Assembly (NCBI GenBank): GCA_050575255.1
Contig: JBNZDD010013718.1
Coordinates: 6,441,058 to 6,505,057 of the forward strand
Reading direction: 5' to 3'
Source of the DNA: Harriotta raleighana
Lineage: Eukaryota
DNA: 64,000 nt
This document shows, in pieces, positions 26,030-37,324 of the stretch. Position numbers and translations under genes: made by a program. The notes beneath the pieces are model-generated. The model was not told the DNA's origin. It saw nothing but the letters and a program-made list of their open reading frames with translations, and did no database searches. Every line of letters begins with the position of its first letter. Position 1 is the first letter of the stretch.

Positions 26030-26790
26030 GGTCAGAGGGTTTTGTTTAAACTGAAAGCATATAAGAATGCCGAGATACACTACAATCTCAGAGATGGCCA
26101 TTACCCAGAAGGATTTCCACAGCTCATTACTTATGCATTCCGGAAGCTTAACGTTCTAAAAATAACACACTGAGGAGGCTATGCATTATTCACACCAGGA
26201 GCAGAAGAATATGAGTTATGAGTTGGATCAATGAATCCGACACCTGATCTGCTAGAAAGCCCCATGTATATTCAAGAAAAAAAAGGACTGAGAAAGAAGC
26301 TGCTCTTTGGTACTTTCAATGGACAGCTTTAACAGACTGGTGTTTCGATTTGGATCAGTTTCTCCTGCAAATCTGATTGTACAACCGACAGCGGCAGCCA
26401 CAGGAGCAGAAAGCAATTCAGCCAACCCACTTTACCGCCCCGTGTCTCTGTCCCGCACAATTCACAAAGGTCCTCTTATCTCATTGATCCCACCTGAAAA
26501 TCACATTTGCTCCCAGATACCGCCAAGTCAACACAACAGCTAAAACCCCGACTGAAATAAGGACAATGTGTAAACACTGCAGCTTCTGAACAGACACTAA
26601 TCAGGTGCACGAGCAGGTTATCATGCAATAGGGGGTGTTACCCCTGACCACAGATAAAAAGAACAATAGCTCCTCGCTGCATTAAAACATCTCAAAGTTA
26701 CAATTAGGCAGTAACAGTGAGGTCTCACAAACTGCCACAAGGTGAATAACCAATTTCATCTGGATGATTGTCTGGCAGCAATCTGCTCAT
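26030..26790. promoter_or_regulatory. Candidate conserved non-coding element or enhancer
   Basis: Repeat-free and dense in Sox (ACAAT, AACAAT), Fox (TGTAAACA), E-box (CAGGTG), GATA (AGATAA) and TAAT motifs at 26560-26720. Confidence 0.3.
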
Positions 26791-26819
26791 TTTGAACAAT
26801 GGCAAAGCATTTTTTTTAA

Positions 26820-27082
26820 CCTCCCTTCTACTCTCTTTCCACCCCCACCACCCTCTCTGCTGCTTCCAACTCCGCTTTCCTCTTGTTCATCCTCCCTTCC
26901 CTCCCCAAGCCTTCCAACCTTCCCCCCTCTCCTTCCACCCTTCCCACCCCACCTTCCTTCCACCCTTCCCACCCCACCTTCCTTCCACCCTCTCCTTCCA
27001 CTACCACTCTGCCCCTCTCCTCCTACCCACCCTCCCACCCCTCTCTTTCCACCCTCTACCCTTTCTTCTCCTTCCACCCCAG
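26820..27082. repeat. C-rich polypyrimidine low-complexity tract (CCTTCCACCC-like units)
   Basis: Almost purely C/T with imperfect repeats. It is the source of the Pro- and Gly-rich ORFs in the track. Confidence 0.9.
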
Positions 27083-27660
27083 ACTGAGTTCACTCTGAAC
27101 AATTTCTGCTCTATTCACAGCCCCAGTCATCAATCCCTTGCTGAGGATTATTTGACACGATCATACCAACCCTCTCTTATGTTTCATGTGAAAGTGACCT
27201 TCGTTGTTCCAAAGTCTTACCAGTGGCTGTTACTCTCATGTTTGGCTTGTCTACACTCACCCACCCCCAAAACAGAGGAAGGCGCTCATTTCAGTTCTGT
27301 ATATGGCCTCTTGCGGGTTGGGAGCAAACCATATATGCCTGGGTTTGATGCAAAAAAACACACGTATACTGTGGAATTGCCAGCACCCACATACCCTTCC
27401 TGTTATAAATAAGAGTGGTGTTTAACAGACGTAACATTTTTAACAGATAGAAGAGATTATGCTGTTCTTGTTTTATCTGTTAACACCTGAAGCAGGTGTT
27501 AGTGCTCCGATGCATGTTGTCCAGTCAGATTCAAGCCACAGAAGCAACAGGAGATGGAGCAGAAATCTGCTGAGAATAATCTGTTAACCTCAAATATAGG
27601 TGTTGGCACCTATACAAGCTCATAAACATGAAAGTTGTAATACTTTTGCTGACGATGGAA

Positions 27661-28482
27661 ACAAAGTGTTCAGTGTTTACCTCACCAAGCCAGTCAGGAA
27701 CCTGGGTGTCTTCTTTGACCCTGAACTGTCCTTCCTCCCCCATATCCATGCCATAACCAGCACTTCCTTCCACCACCTCCGCAACATCGCCCATCTCCTC
27801 CACTACCTCACCCCTCAGTCTGCTGAAACTCTTGCATGTGCATTTGTCACCTCAAGGCTCGACTTCGGCAACTCCCTCCTTGCCAGCCTCCCCAACGCTT
27901 CCCCCCACAAGCTGCAGAAAATCCCAAACTCTGCAGCTGATGTCCTCTACCAGACCAGGCTCTGTGACCCTATCAGCCCTATGCTCGTCCAGCTCCACTG
28001 GCTCCCCATCCCTCAGAGGATCGAATTCAAGATCCTCATCCTCACTTACAAGGCCCTCCACAGCCTTGCTCCCTTCTACCTCTCTGACCTGCTGAAACCC
28101 TATCAACCTGTCTGCTCCCTCCATTCTGCAGGTTCTGGCCTGCTCCATGTCTCCCACCCAACCTGCCCTACCAACAGCAGCTGGGCTGCTGAGGTGGTGG
28201 AAGATAGTGCTGGGCATGGCACAGATGTGGGGGAGAAGGACAGTTCAGGGTCAAACAAGACACCCAGGTTCCTGACTGGCTTGGTGAGCTAAACACTTTG
28301 TGTTTTGTGAATTGCATCCACAAACCCTTTGCCTTGCTCCCTCCTTGGCCTCCTTCAAGGTCTTCAGCTGCCATCCTACCTCTCTGCCCTCCCTCATCCC
28401 AAACCTGCACCCCAACCGCCCACCCCATGCTCAGGTCTTGACCCCTGACTGTTCATAGCACTTTGGGATGCTGTTGTTGTTG
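27661..28482 (+). mobile_element. L2 LINE 3' fragment with an internal inverted copy of its own 5' end
   Basis: VRNLGVFFDPELSF..HLRNIA..AFVTSRLDFGNSLL..LHWLPIPQRIEFKIL is the classic L2 RT C-terminus. Ends GCACTTTGGGATG(TTG)n. 28187-28300 is the reverse complement of ~27661-27783. Confidence 0.93.
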
Positions 28483-28676
28483 TAGTAAGGATTTGATTAA
28501 TGTATCATTTTAGTTGACTACCCCTGGAACTACCCCACACAAATGCGACCCTGATCGCTGCTGTGCTGGTAAACATTGGGAGAACTGCCCTGACTTGCTT
28601 TATTGGGTCACCCAATCCCCTAGTATCTTTATAGAGCTGGGCAATAATTTTCCAGATAATATAGGTCACTCACTTC

Positions 28677-29030
28677 ATAATAAATAAATGATCCTTACAT
28701 GTGATATAGCACCTTATCAGATTTTCGAAATGTCTCAAAGCGCTTCACAGAATACACTGCCAAATGAATTGACCGCATATTTTGTGGGCAAAACGCAGCA
28801 GCCAATTGTGTGTAGCTGTGTCCCTCAAACAGTCCAGGATTTAGTGACCAATTTTTTAATTGTTGTTTATATTTATGGCTGTTTGTTGGACATTGTTGTG
28901 TCCAAATTTGCTGCCTCATTCACCTGCAAATGACACAGTCACTACACATTAATGCAAAACCTTTGAAAGACTTTCAGACTTGCTCCCGAAGTGGAAGCCA
29001 CAATATCAAACGCAGAGATTATTATTATCA
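28677..29030. mobile_element. Two SINE 3' halves back-to-back (minus 28677-28860, plus 28870-29030)
   Basis: Reverse tail ATCCTTACATGTGATATAGC, then forward GGCTGTTTGTTGGAC...ATATCAAACGCAGAGATTATTAT. Confidence 0.8.
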
Positions 29031-30009
29031 CTACAGTAGTACTATACTGCTACAAGTGCAATGTGAATCAGTGAAATCATTGTGTGCGCTGCAGTGAAAA
29101 ACTCCCTTCTCTCTGCCAAAATACAACCTTGTGACAATTGCCTCCAGAATTAAACAGGTTGTCTTTATGACTCCTTTGGGATAGTTTTGATGTCTTGCTA
29201 ATCTTGCTTATAGTCCAGTAACTCCCCAAAACAGCAGTTGAGCGAGCTCTCACTCAATGTGGGCAAAGGTTCCCTGTTTTCAACATAGTTTTAGACGTTT
29301 GCAACAGGATTCCTATGGTCCTGTGAAAATAGCGATGAATCTTATGATGGCCAAATCCAATTAAGTATAAAACAAATCAGTGTTTACAAATACTCAAGTC
29401 CCCCCACCACAGACACTAGCTTTAATAAGAGCTCAGAAATGACAGCAGTTACTGAACCGCGCCACATGAGGGTGTCCTCTGTAACGCAAAACACCTCTGC
29501 CTGTGACTGTGAGGAATGTATCAGCACTGAAGAGCTTCTCTGTACTGGATGGCTGAAGTGAGCTGTGTGCAGGATGTCTCAGTCATTAGCCAAAGCATTG
29601 TCAGGAAGTCACTAGTGGCTTGCTTGTCGAATGGCGTTTTGTCAGAATTGTGGCCTGGAAAATGAGGCAAACATTGCCACAGGGGTTGATCGGCACTAAA
29701 TTCAATTCAGGCACTTGTCCTCAATAAGCTTCAGATACCACCGGCCTACATAGTCACATATCATCCCAACATTGAGCCATGCATCACGTTTCCAATCATC
29801 ACACTGGGTTTGTCAAACACATTGTAACGTTTATTTTAAGTTAGGGTCATTTCCTTCTTGTTAAACAGGTAAATTGTGAGCTACACTGATGATATGTGAT
29901 TGGGTGGTTTAAAATCTTAAACAGATAGTTTTATAAACTTGTTGACGTTTCTACATTTTCAACTTGGAGGAATATGTTCTCTGTAAAGACCCCTAGGAAC
30001 AACAGCAGC

Positions 30010-30265
30010 ATATTGAGAATCCTTGCATTTGGAAGTCCCACAGCACTTCACAAGATTTACTGTGAAGTGGTGTGACTGTGGACTTGTGGTCGATCACAGC
30101 AACAAATTTGTGCACAACAATGTCCCGCAAACAGCCATGAAATTGATGACCAAATTTAATTTGGGGGATTGTTGGCCAGTGCATTAGGAGCAACTCCCTT
30201 CCCTTTTTGAATTGTGCTGTGGTACATTTAATATTCACCTGAGCATTTCAATGTTTCATCCAAAA
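30010..30265 (-). mobile_element. DeuSINE 3' half
   Basis: AATCCTTGCATTT..TGTCCCGCAAACAGCC..TTGGCCAG..AACTCCC..GTTTCATCCAAAAGAC. Confidence 0.75.
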
Positions 30266-30279
30266 GACCTTGTGTCATT

Positions 30280-30650
30280 GTCGACCACCACACAATGCAA
30301 TACAAACTTTGTGACTGAAAAAGGAGCATAAGATACACCAAAGTACACCTGTTTCATAGGGCACGAAGCAGACAGGCAAAAGGCAATCCAGATGGAGGGA
30401 AAAAGTGTTATTTATAGAGGCAGGAAAGCGATAGAGACTACAAAGAGAGGCAGAAAGGTAGAATTGAGAGGTACGCAGGTAAGGACCTGCCTGCCTATGC
30501 ACCTTACCCTCACTTCTACACCTGCTGAAGTACATGCTACATTCAGTCGCTGGCAAAGGGAAGTGTATCTAGCTGGCAGATAAAAGCAGGGAGAAATGAG
30601 AGCTGGAGCTATTGTCCTCAGACTGAGAGGCAATGTTTATCATTGCACAA
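30280..30650 (-). mobile_element. Possible PLE linker relic
   Basis: CTSA...QVLTCVP (~RTSA...LVLTYHP). Weak. Confidence 0.3.
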
Positions 30651-31469
30651 TGTAACAACGTGTAATGATCAAAGCATACTGCTTCTGTACCATCTCATGT
30701 AATGCCACCCAGCTCCTAGGTTTAATGTTTCCATAGAAACCATACAATAGCAGTAACCTGAATTCAGGCTTGCAGGCAATGAGTTTGGCTGGATTTTGTA
30801 CTCAATCAATCAGGGTGGAATTTTCCCACATTTACTTTGAATGAGAACAAAACTCTGTTTTCAGTGGCTGCAAATCATTCCCAGCATCCGTCAGGAGCTC
30901 AACAGGGGCATTGGAAACATTTAATCTTTTTTAAAAAAAACGCAAAGTGCCACAAATGGTTTTCAGGGCAAAAAGCAGCAACACATATCATGGCAATCAG
31001 TTTGGTAATGAGGCAGGATGCTCAGTTACATCAATAGCCTACGTCCTTCACTTCTGCTCTTCCATCTAGTTCATCATTGTCATTCTCTTCTGCAGTGCAT
31101 ACATCAATACACTGATGTTCCTCAAAAGATAAATCGGGAGCGGTAACTGATAACACACTGAGGGCACAATTCCATTCCTGCTTCAACACCACAGATTATC
31201 GGTATTGCCACAGTATAGTTTACGTGGCACAGCTGTGTTTAATGCTTGTCACAGGGCAAGGTAGTTGTCTAAACATAGATACTCAAGTCCTAACATTGTG
31301 GAATTCTCAAATCACAATATTGGAATGAAGTAAGACTCTCAATTCACAGGAGTCAAAGTTAATGTTTCTTTACTGTACTTTCACTCACCTTTCCTCATCA
31401 CAGCGCCCCAGCTCTCTCACCCCACTGGAATTACCAATGTCTCACATGAAATCCCAATTGGTCACAAAT

Positions 31470-31795
31470 GAGACATCTTGGAAAAGAGGATAGTGAACAG
31501 GGAGCTAAACGGATACCTGGAATAACACATGGAAGTTGCCAGGTACTGAAAGCTGGAACCATTCATACTAATCAAAACATTCAAGAACTTGAAGGATATA
31601 AATAATCTGAACTCTGACAATGTGTTTAACCGTCACCAGCTCCAACAAGGAAGCGCAGATTCATCCTGAAAAACGGGAAAGCCAACACACTGTCAGATTT
31701 AACACAAATTGTGGAACATCTGTGGAATGTGCTCCCCAAGTGAAGGCAGAAGTCAAAGGCACAATGTTAACTTGTAAAATGCAAATCTGGACATG
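31470..31795 (+). mobile_element. Old CR1 ORF2 C-terminal relic
   Basis: LIKTFKNLK and VEHLWNVLP (~LIEVFKIxK and VVxLWNxLP). Confidence 0.6.
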
Positions 31796-31896
31796 AGCTA
31801 CACCTAAATCTGGGTCACTGCTGAAGTGCCAGAATGTCCGGTAGGATTAAGAGACACTTGTTGCTTTCCCTGGATTATCCCCAATCCTACATTCTT

Positions 31897-32170
31897 AGTA
31901 ATAATCCTTGCATTTGATAGAGCACCTGTTACACCAATACATCTTAAAGAACAGAACCAATTTTTTGTAAAGTGTAGTGACTGTGTATTTCGGAGGTGAA
32001 CATGGCAGTCAATTTGCCCGCATGCAGACACAAAGTGAATGTCAATTTACCTGGGAACTGTTGGCCAGGACACAGGGAGAAACTCCCTTCTCTTTTCAAA
32101 TAGTGCCATGATATCTTTAGTGACCACCTGAACAGGTAGATGGGACCTGAGCTCAATTCTCTTATCTGCT
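31897..32170 (-). mobile_element. DeuSINE 3' half
   Basis: TAATCCTTGCATTTGATAGAGC..TTGGCCAGGACAC..TAGTGCCATGATATCTTT..CACCTGA. Confidence 0.8.
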
Positions 32171-34246
32171 GGACACACCTCGAAGCTTCAAGCTTCAAGC
32201 AAAACTATGGGCTCAATATCCCGATCTGACTCAAGAGGTGATTTTCCATGTGATGTGCATTCCAAATAGCATCCCTGGCCTGTCGAGTTTCAATTATTTC
32301 CAATGATGAGTCTCTCTTGCTGCCTAACTGTAAAAAAAATTGCCCTCACTTTATTAATTTTAATACATTTGCAATAGCTGTCAGGTTTATCTAAAAAAAA
32401 GTTTTCCAATGATCTGACATTGTCACGAGTGACCTCAGAAACAGTGCTAATAGGCACTTTTCCTGAATCCGCAAATCACAGTAATGGCACAAATTATTTC
32501 TGCAAAGGAACACCGCAGACTGAATGGATGAGTCCCTTTGAGGAACTTTAGTTTATATCTTGGCGATTCACAACATTGACCCCCACGCACCCCCAGTAGA
32601 GGGCTGGTGCTGTGGTGGAAATCCCCATCGTGATTGGTTTCTTAGTGATATAACAAGATTTATCATCCTGTTCACATCCAGTAGAAATAGGAATTAATTG
32701 CTTCGTTCAGAGCTAGAGTAACCATTGAGTTTGTCTATATTAACAGTTTCTGGAAGTAGTGAACCAGCTTTAATCCAATATACTTATGGATATACTTTGA
32801 ATGTTGAAGTAAGGGCAGGCTAAACTCCCTCTCAATTCGCTCTTCCTTTTTTTTTTACAGTAAAAGACATGCATACAATGAGCAATTCGTATTTCACCAA
32901 AGTCACCTGGAGCACATCCAGAAGGTTCCCACTGATGTGTCTTTCATTGCAATCACCTAAGAGCGCACGGTTACACAAGAAATATTATCAACCTGACCTA
33001 GAACTTAGGTGCTATTTCAGCCAGAACGTTTTTTATAACCACTCTCTGACTGTCCAAATCTGAAGATGAATGTTCTGGAGTCTTATATGCAAGATAGGTT
33101 TGGATGAAGAGTCCCTTTGGGCCCATTTAACCTTATCCATACACAATACCCACTTTACTGTCTTCCCATCACAACATCAACCAGTTTCTTAAATAAAATT
33201 TGCGTCCAGAATTCAATGACCATTCTGATTACTTGCCCCAAGTGTTAATTACCCTATGGGCAAAGTTGTTATTCCAACAAGCATGATACTTCTGGTTTAA
33301 CTCCTGATCTCGGGCAAATGTACTTACTCTACTCTATCTTGAAAGAGAGAAGGAGCTAAAGGGAACAGATAATTTATGATAATGGTTGTAGGAAACTTGA
33401 CAATGTATTTGCTGGATAGTTCTGTCCACTAGCACCAAGCTCACAGGCAGCGATTTATCTGAGGAAGAAAGGATATGGGTATCAAGGAGAGAGTTAATAA
33501 TGTACATTTGTCCAAGACCAGAAGATGAACCACACGTGGTGCACTTGTTGGAATAAGCAACATAGAGGATGCAATTTGTGCCAGCTGCCTGGAATTGGAT
33601 TTTTAGACAAAATAAGATAGTTCTGGAGAAAAACAATGAGGCAAGTAGAGATGGCTACAACTGTCAGGATAGGACCCAACCACAATGTTAATACAGGGTA
33701 GAGATTTGCCTGGAGAGTATTTGACAAAGTGATGGGGCATAACACTGTCTGGATTCTGTGTGAATATTACAGTATTGGGAAAAATGAGAAGCAAAAAAGA
33801 GAGAAACAAAATCAAGAATAAAATATTCCAGTGAAAATGCTTGGCGCCCTATCCAACATGTTTATGGAATGAGACACCTGTGCAACAGGAGGGAGGCGCA
33901 ATGTAACTGTAGTAGCAAAGAGTTAGTTAAACAAAGGCATTGATTGGTAGATTAAAATGCCAAGGTTGAGTGAGTTTACACACACAAAAGCAGGAAGAGG
34001 GGTGAGAAGAGTTCAGGAGAATTCTGTGTCAACACAAAGTAATGATACATGTGTTGGCTGACTCAGCAGAGAGAGTTTAGATTAAAGTTAAGAATTAAAA
34101 AAAGCAAAGAAGCTGATTCTTGAACTTTATTACAGATGTCCTGGTCAGGAGATGGCATTGATTTTTCAGATAAATCTGGCCTTTGTATTATGGCCTATTT
34201 AAAGTCCAGCATATTGATTGTGGTGATTTCAGCCATCCAGATACTC

Positions 34247-34310
34247 AACAACAACAAGATTACATTTATAGAACGGCTTTCATAGCCGGGAGGATGTCCC
34301 AAGGCCTTGA
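34247..34310 (-). mobile_element. ~65-bp L2 tail insertion with 8-bp TSD
   Basis: AGATACTC at 34239-34246 and 34311-34318 flanks (AAC)n GATTACATTTATAGA..GGATGTCCCAAGG. Confidence 0.8.
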
Positions 34311-34374
34311 AGATACTCTCAGATAAGACAAATAGAAAAACTGGAGGAATGACTTGTGCTCCAAGGAGTAGCAT

Positions 34375-34442
34375 TTCAGCACCTTGGGACATCCTCCTGA
34401 CATGAAAGGCACTCTATAAATGTAATTTTCTTGTTGTTGTTG
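34375..34442 (+). mobile_element. ~68-bp L2 tail insertion
   Basis: TTCAGCACCTTGGGACATCCTCCTGACATGAAAGGC..ATAAATGTAATTTT(TTG)n, flanked by GTAGCAT and GTAACAT. Confidence 0.8.
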
Positions 34443-34799
34443 TAACATGGTTTGTGGGAACAGGCACCAAGATCAGAGGCTATTACACCAATGATGGGAA
34501 GTGAGACAGATATGATCTGTATCTCACATTCTCTGCACAGGATTCACTGTGAAATGGAGTGACTGTGTATTGCAAGATATTCGTCATTTGGGTTCTGGAA
34601 CATCTTTCATTCACTGACCACCAGGTGTCAATGACTTGTGGGCAGCAAATGGATCTTACAAGATGAGCAGATGCACCTTTTGTGTCTCAAATGCTGTGGT
34701 GGAATATGAATTATTGGACTGAAGTTATATATTATCCATAATGACAATATGAAAAAGGGCAATGTTGGTGGACACGAATTATCCATCCTATCTGCTCTA

Positions 34800-35045
34800 C
34801 TATTGATGATCAGCCTTTCTGGAACTCCATCCCAGAGCCCTTCACCTTGCCTCCTTCAAGAACCATCTAAAGACGGTCCTTTTTGACTGTACCTTCAGTT
34901 ATCCTACCACCTTCACCCACCTTGTACTCCAACCCAAACGACTCCAAAACCCAATTTAGCTTCAAACCCTTTACTGTCCAGGACTCTGGGACATTCTCCC
35001 AATGTGAATGGTGCTATGCAAATGCAATTTGGTGTGTTGCTGCTA
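34800..35045 (+). mobile_element. L2 3' end
   Basis: CTGGAACTCCATCCC..CTTCAAGAACCATCTAAAGAC (WNSIP..FKNHLKT) plus tail. Confidence 0.75.
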
Positions 35046-35049
35046 TGAT

Positions 35050-36060
35050 TTGATATGACAGTGACATAGTGGCATGTGACAGAAAAGCAGGGTCATCATG
35101 ATGTAGCTGCAATTGGGAATTGGCATGTGCTGGTTGGGCAGTTCCTGAAAGCATTGCTGATCAGTACAGTTAGTCAAGCCAAAGTCCTGTGAGCTCCCCC
35201 GTCCCAACCCCAAACAAACGTGTCAGCAAGCAAAAGAGTTGGGGAGTGGGAAACTAAACCAGAAGAGACAAGTGTGAACCCAATAAAGAGGAAGACGGTG
35301 GAATAACGGTTAAGGAGCAACAGGATGGAGGAGGTGAAAGCATCAGTGATATCCATGAATTTCTCAATATTGTGTTTATGTTGCTGGGAGTGAAGCACTT
35401 TCACTGTGAAGCGTTGTGGAGTAGAAAACCTGATTAATGTTTATACAGGTGGATCATAACAGTCTTTTCGAGTCCTGGATAATCCTACATTCCTCCGTGA
35501 ATAAAAGGTTAGCTGGGCTCACAATGACAGTGATGATCCACTCGGACTTTTTTGCCCCTCATTCTCTACGGTACTATCTTAGGTGCTGTTTCTTCCACTC
35601 CCTGCAATAATTGACAACAATTGGTGGATTTTTAGTGGGCATATATTCTGGTACATGAAATGCACAGGCTTTAGTTTTATCAGTCTCTTCCACAAATATA
35701 GCAACACGTTTCATTTAGGTCAAAGAAGTCTCGATTCTTTCTAATTACAGCTGTCTGAAATTCTGATGAGTTTGCAAGGTAGTTTTGTACTCAGTGTATT
35801 GCAGTGAATGTAGTCCAGAAGTCATTCTCTATGGGCCACCGTGCCCCTGAATCCTGCAAAGAGAAGGAATAAAAGCAAACCTGAGGGACCTTGTGTCTGT
35901 AAAGGAACATTCCCACCAATCCCTTGGGGTAGTGACAGGCAGTTTTTCTCCACAGGCTTCTGTTGACTGAGGGGACTATTCCCTGGTGGACAGAAGCCAT
36001 TCGCTACAACACAGCACAAATGAACAAACATTAATCCTACTTTATTCATGGTGTGATTCA
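35050..36060 (-). mobile_element. PLE relic (RT core)
   Basis: HQGIV, VPQVCFY..WPI..NYL, EPS*..G (~GPSY..G), RFTVK at the RYIDD position, then IEKFMDITDAF-x12-TVFLFIG..SSG in exact register with LEQFINFTNTF-x12-TSLPFLD..ISG. Confidence 0.65.
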
Positions 36061-36544
36061 CCCTTCAGCAATTATCACACAAACAGAAACAGGACATTCA
36101 ATCTTCTAAACCAGAGACAACATCCGAGTTCATGGGAATTCTATCCTTGTAGTACCATTTCCTGATCTTTCCTCCACATCTCTTAATGCCCTTGCCTCCT
36201 AAATATCTCGCCGTCATCTTTTTATAAACTTCAATTGATTCTATAACTATGGTGTTCTGAAGCACTGTATTTCACACACTCGCAGTGTTTTGTGTGACAA
36301 GATTTTTCCGCTTTCACTTTGTTAATCTTTGCTCTAACTTTTTTTTCTGGATTTTTGTAACAGATGAAACCATCTTCTCCTTGAAAATGTTCGCACTGCA
36401 ATATATACAACTACAGCACTAAAGATATAGTTCCTTGCTTTTAAATGCTATAAGTATTGATAATGTCTATTATACCTTTGGCCTTTTGACTGATTTTTTC
36501 ATCTGTAAAATACCTTTCAAATATCAGTAAAATACCCTTTCCCA

Positions 36545-36640
36545 CATGCTTGGGTCCTGACAGTGTGCTCCTGACTGTTCAGCGCTTTGGGATGTCCTCC
36601 CGATGTGAAAGACACTCTACAAATGTATTTTTGTTGTTGT
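36545..36640 (+). mobile_element. L2 tail
   Basis: CTGACTGTTCAGCGCTTTGGGATGTCCTCCCGATGTGAAAG..AAATGTATTTT(TTG)n. Confidence 0.8.
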
Positions 36641-36782
36641 TTAATGACTTACCCACCTGAACCTCAAAATTAGTTTGCTCTACCTCTTTTAGTCCTTCCA
36701 CATTTTAAAATGTTACCACAGAGAGATTTGGATAAAAAAAGGCCCTGCAACCCATTTGATCTCATCATTTGATTTCAATCGC

Positions 36783-37062
36783 GAGTCCTTATAGCTCAGT
36801 GGTTGGAGCACTCGCCTTGCAAGTGAGAGACCTGGTTTTGATCCCTATCAGTGAAAAATATTTGGCAAGTTTCCTTACTCAACAATTGTGCACAGCAGTG
36901 TCCCACAAACAGTTGTGGAATTAAATGACCAGTTTCTTTTTCAAGGAAATATTATCAGGCATGTGGAGTAAGGAAACTTGGCGAAGGTTTTGCCCTGCCT
37001 GGAATCGAACCCAGGTCTCTCGCTTCCAAGGCGTGTGCTCTAACCACTGAGCCACAGGACTC
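36783..37062. mobile_element. Fold-back of two tRNA-derived SINE heads
   Basis: Forward head 36783-36880 (TAGCTCAGTGG..CCTTACTC) and reverse head 36966-37062 enclose 85 bp of SINE body. Confidence 0.9.
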
Positions 37063-37192
37063 CACAGATGTAATTTGTTGTGGTTGTTGTTGTTTCACCC
37101 CCTTGGCACATGTTTCTTGGCCAAAGATTACTTTTTGAAGGAGGAGGAAAATAACACATCATATTCATATATAATATAAATAATCATCATAA

Positions 37193-37305
37193 TAGATTCA
37201 TAGAAGTTTACGGCACAAAAGGAGGCCATTCGGCCCATCTAGTCTGTGCCGGCTCTTTGAAAAGAGCGATTTAATCCCACTGCCCTGCTCGCTCCCCATA
37301 GCCTA
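37193..37305 (-). mobile_element. CR1 3' UTR
   Basis: CATAGAAGTTTACGGCACAAAAGGAGGCCATTCGGCCCATC is the reverse complement of the CR1 terminus at 51930-52007. Confidence 0.88.
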
Positions 37306-37324
37306 ATAGACCTGTTCTCCCTAA

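Larger units (their letters stand above)
33330..34800 (-). mobile_element. PLE relic (RT C-terminus to GIY-YIG), interrupted by two L2 tails
   Basis: VSLPIIG (~TSLPFLD), MLDF, IFPN..D..VK (~IFPS..D..LVR), GSYP, and YSNKCTTCG-x17-HILSSSDKSLPVS in exact register with YCIRCSRCG-x17-HLRSVRDK..LPVA. The upper boundary is uncertain. Confidence 0.65.

Noticed and set aside
26764-27412. Pro/Ser- and Gly/Arg-rich ORFs
   Set aside because: They are by-products of the C-rich low-complexity tract.
27600-28292. Longest ORF (230 aa) as a host gene
   Set aside because: It is the C-terminus of an L2 reverse transcriptase running into an inverted copy of itself.
36783-36860. tRNA-Ala gene (also the reverse heads near 8600-8665, 19520-19588, 19930-19997 and 36990-37062)
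   Set aside because: No proper acceptor stem, diverged boxes, and always joined to the SINE body. These are SINE heads.
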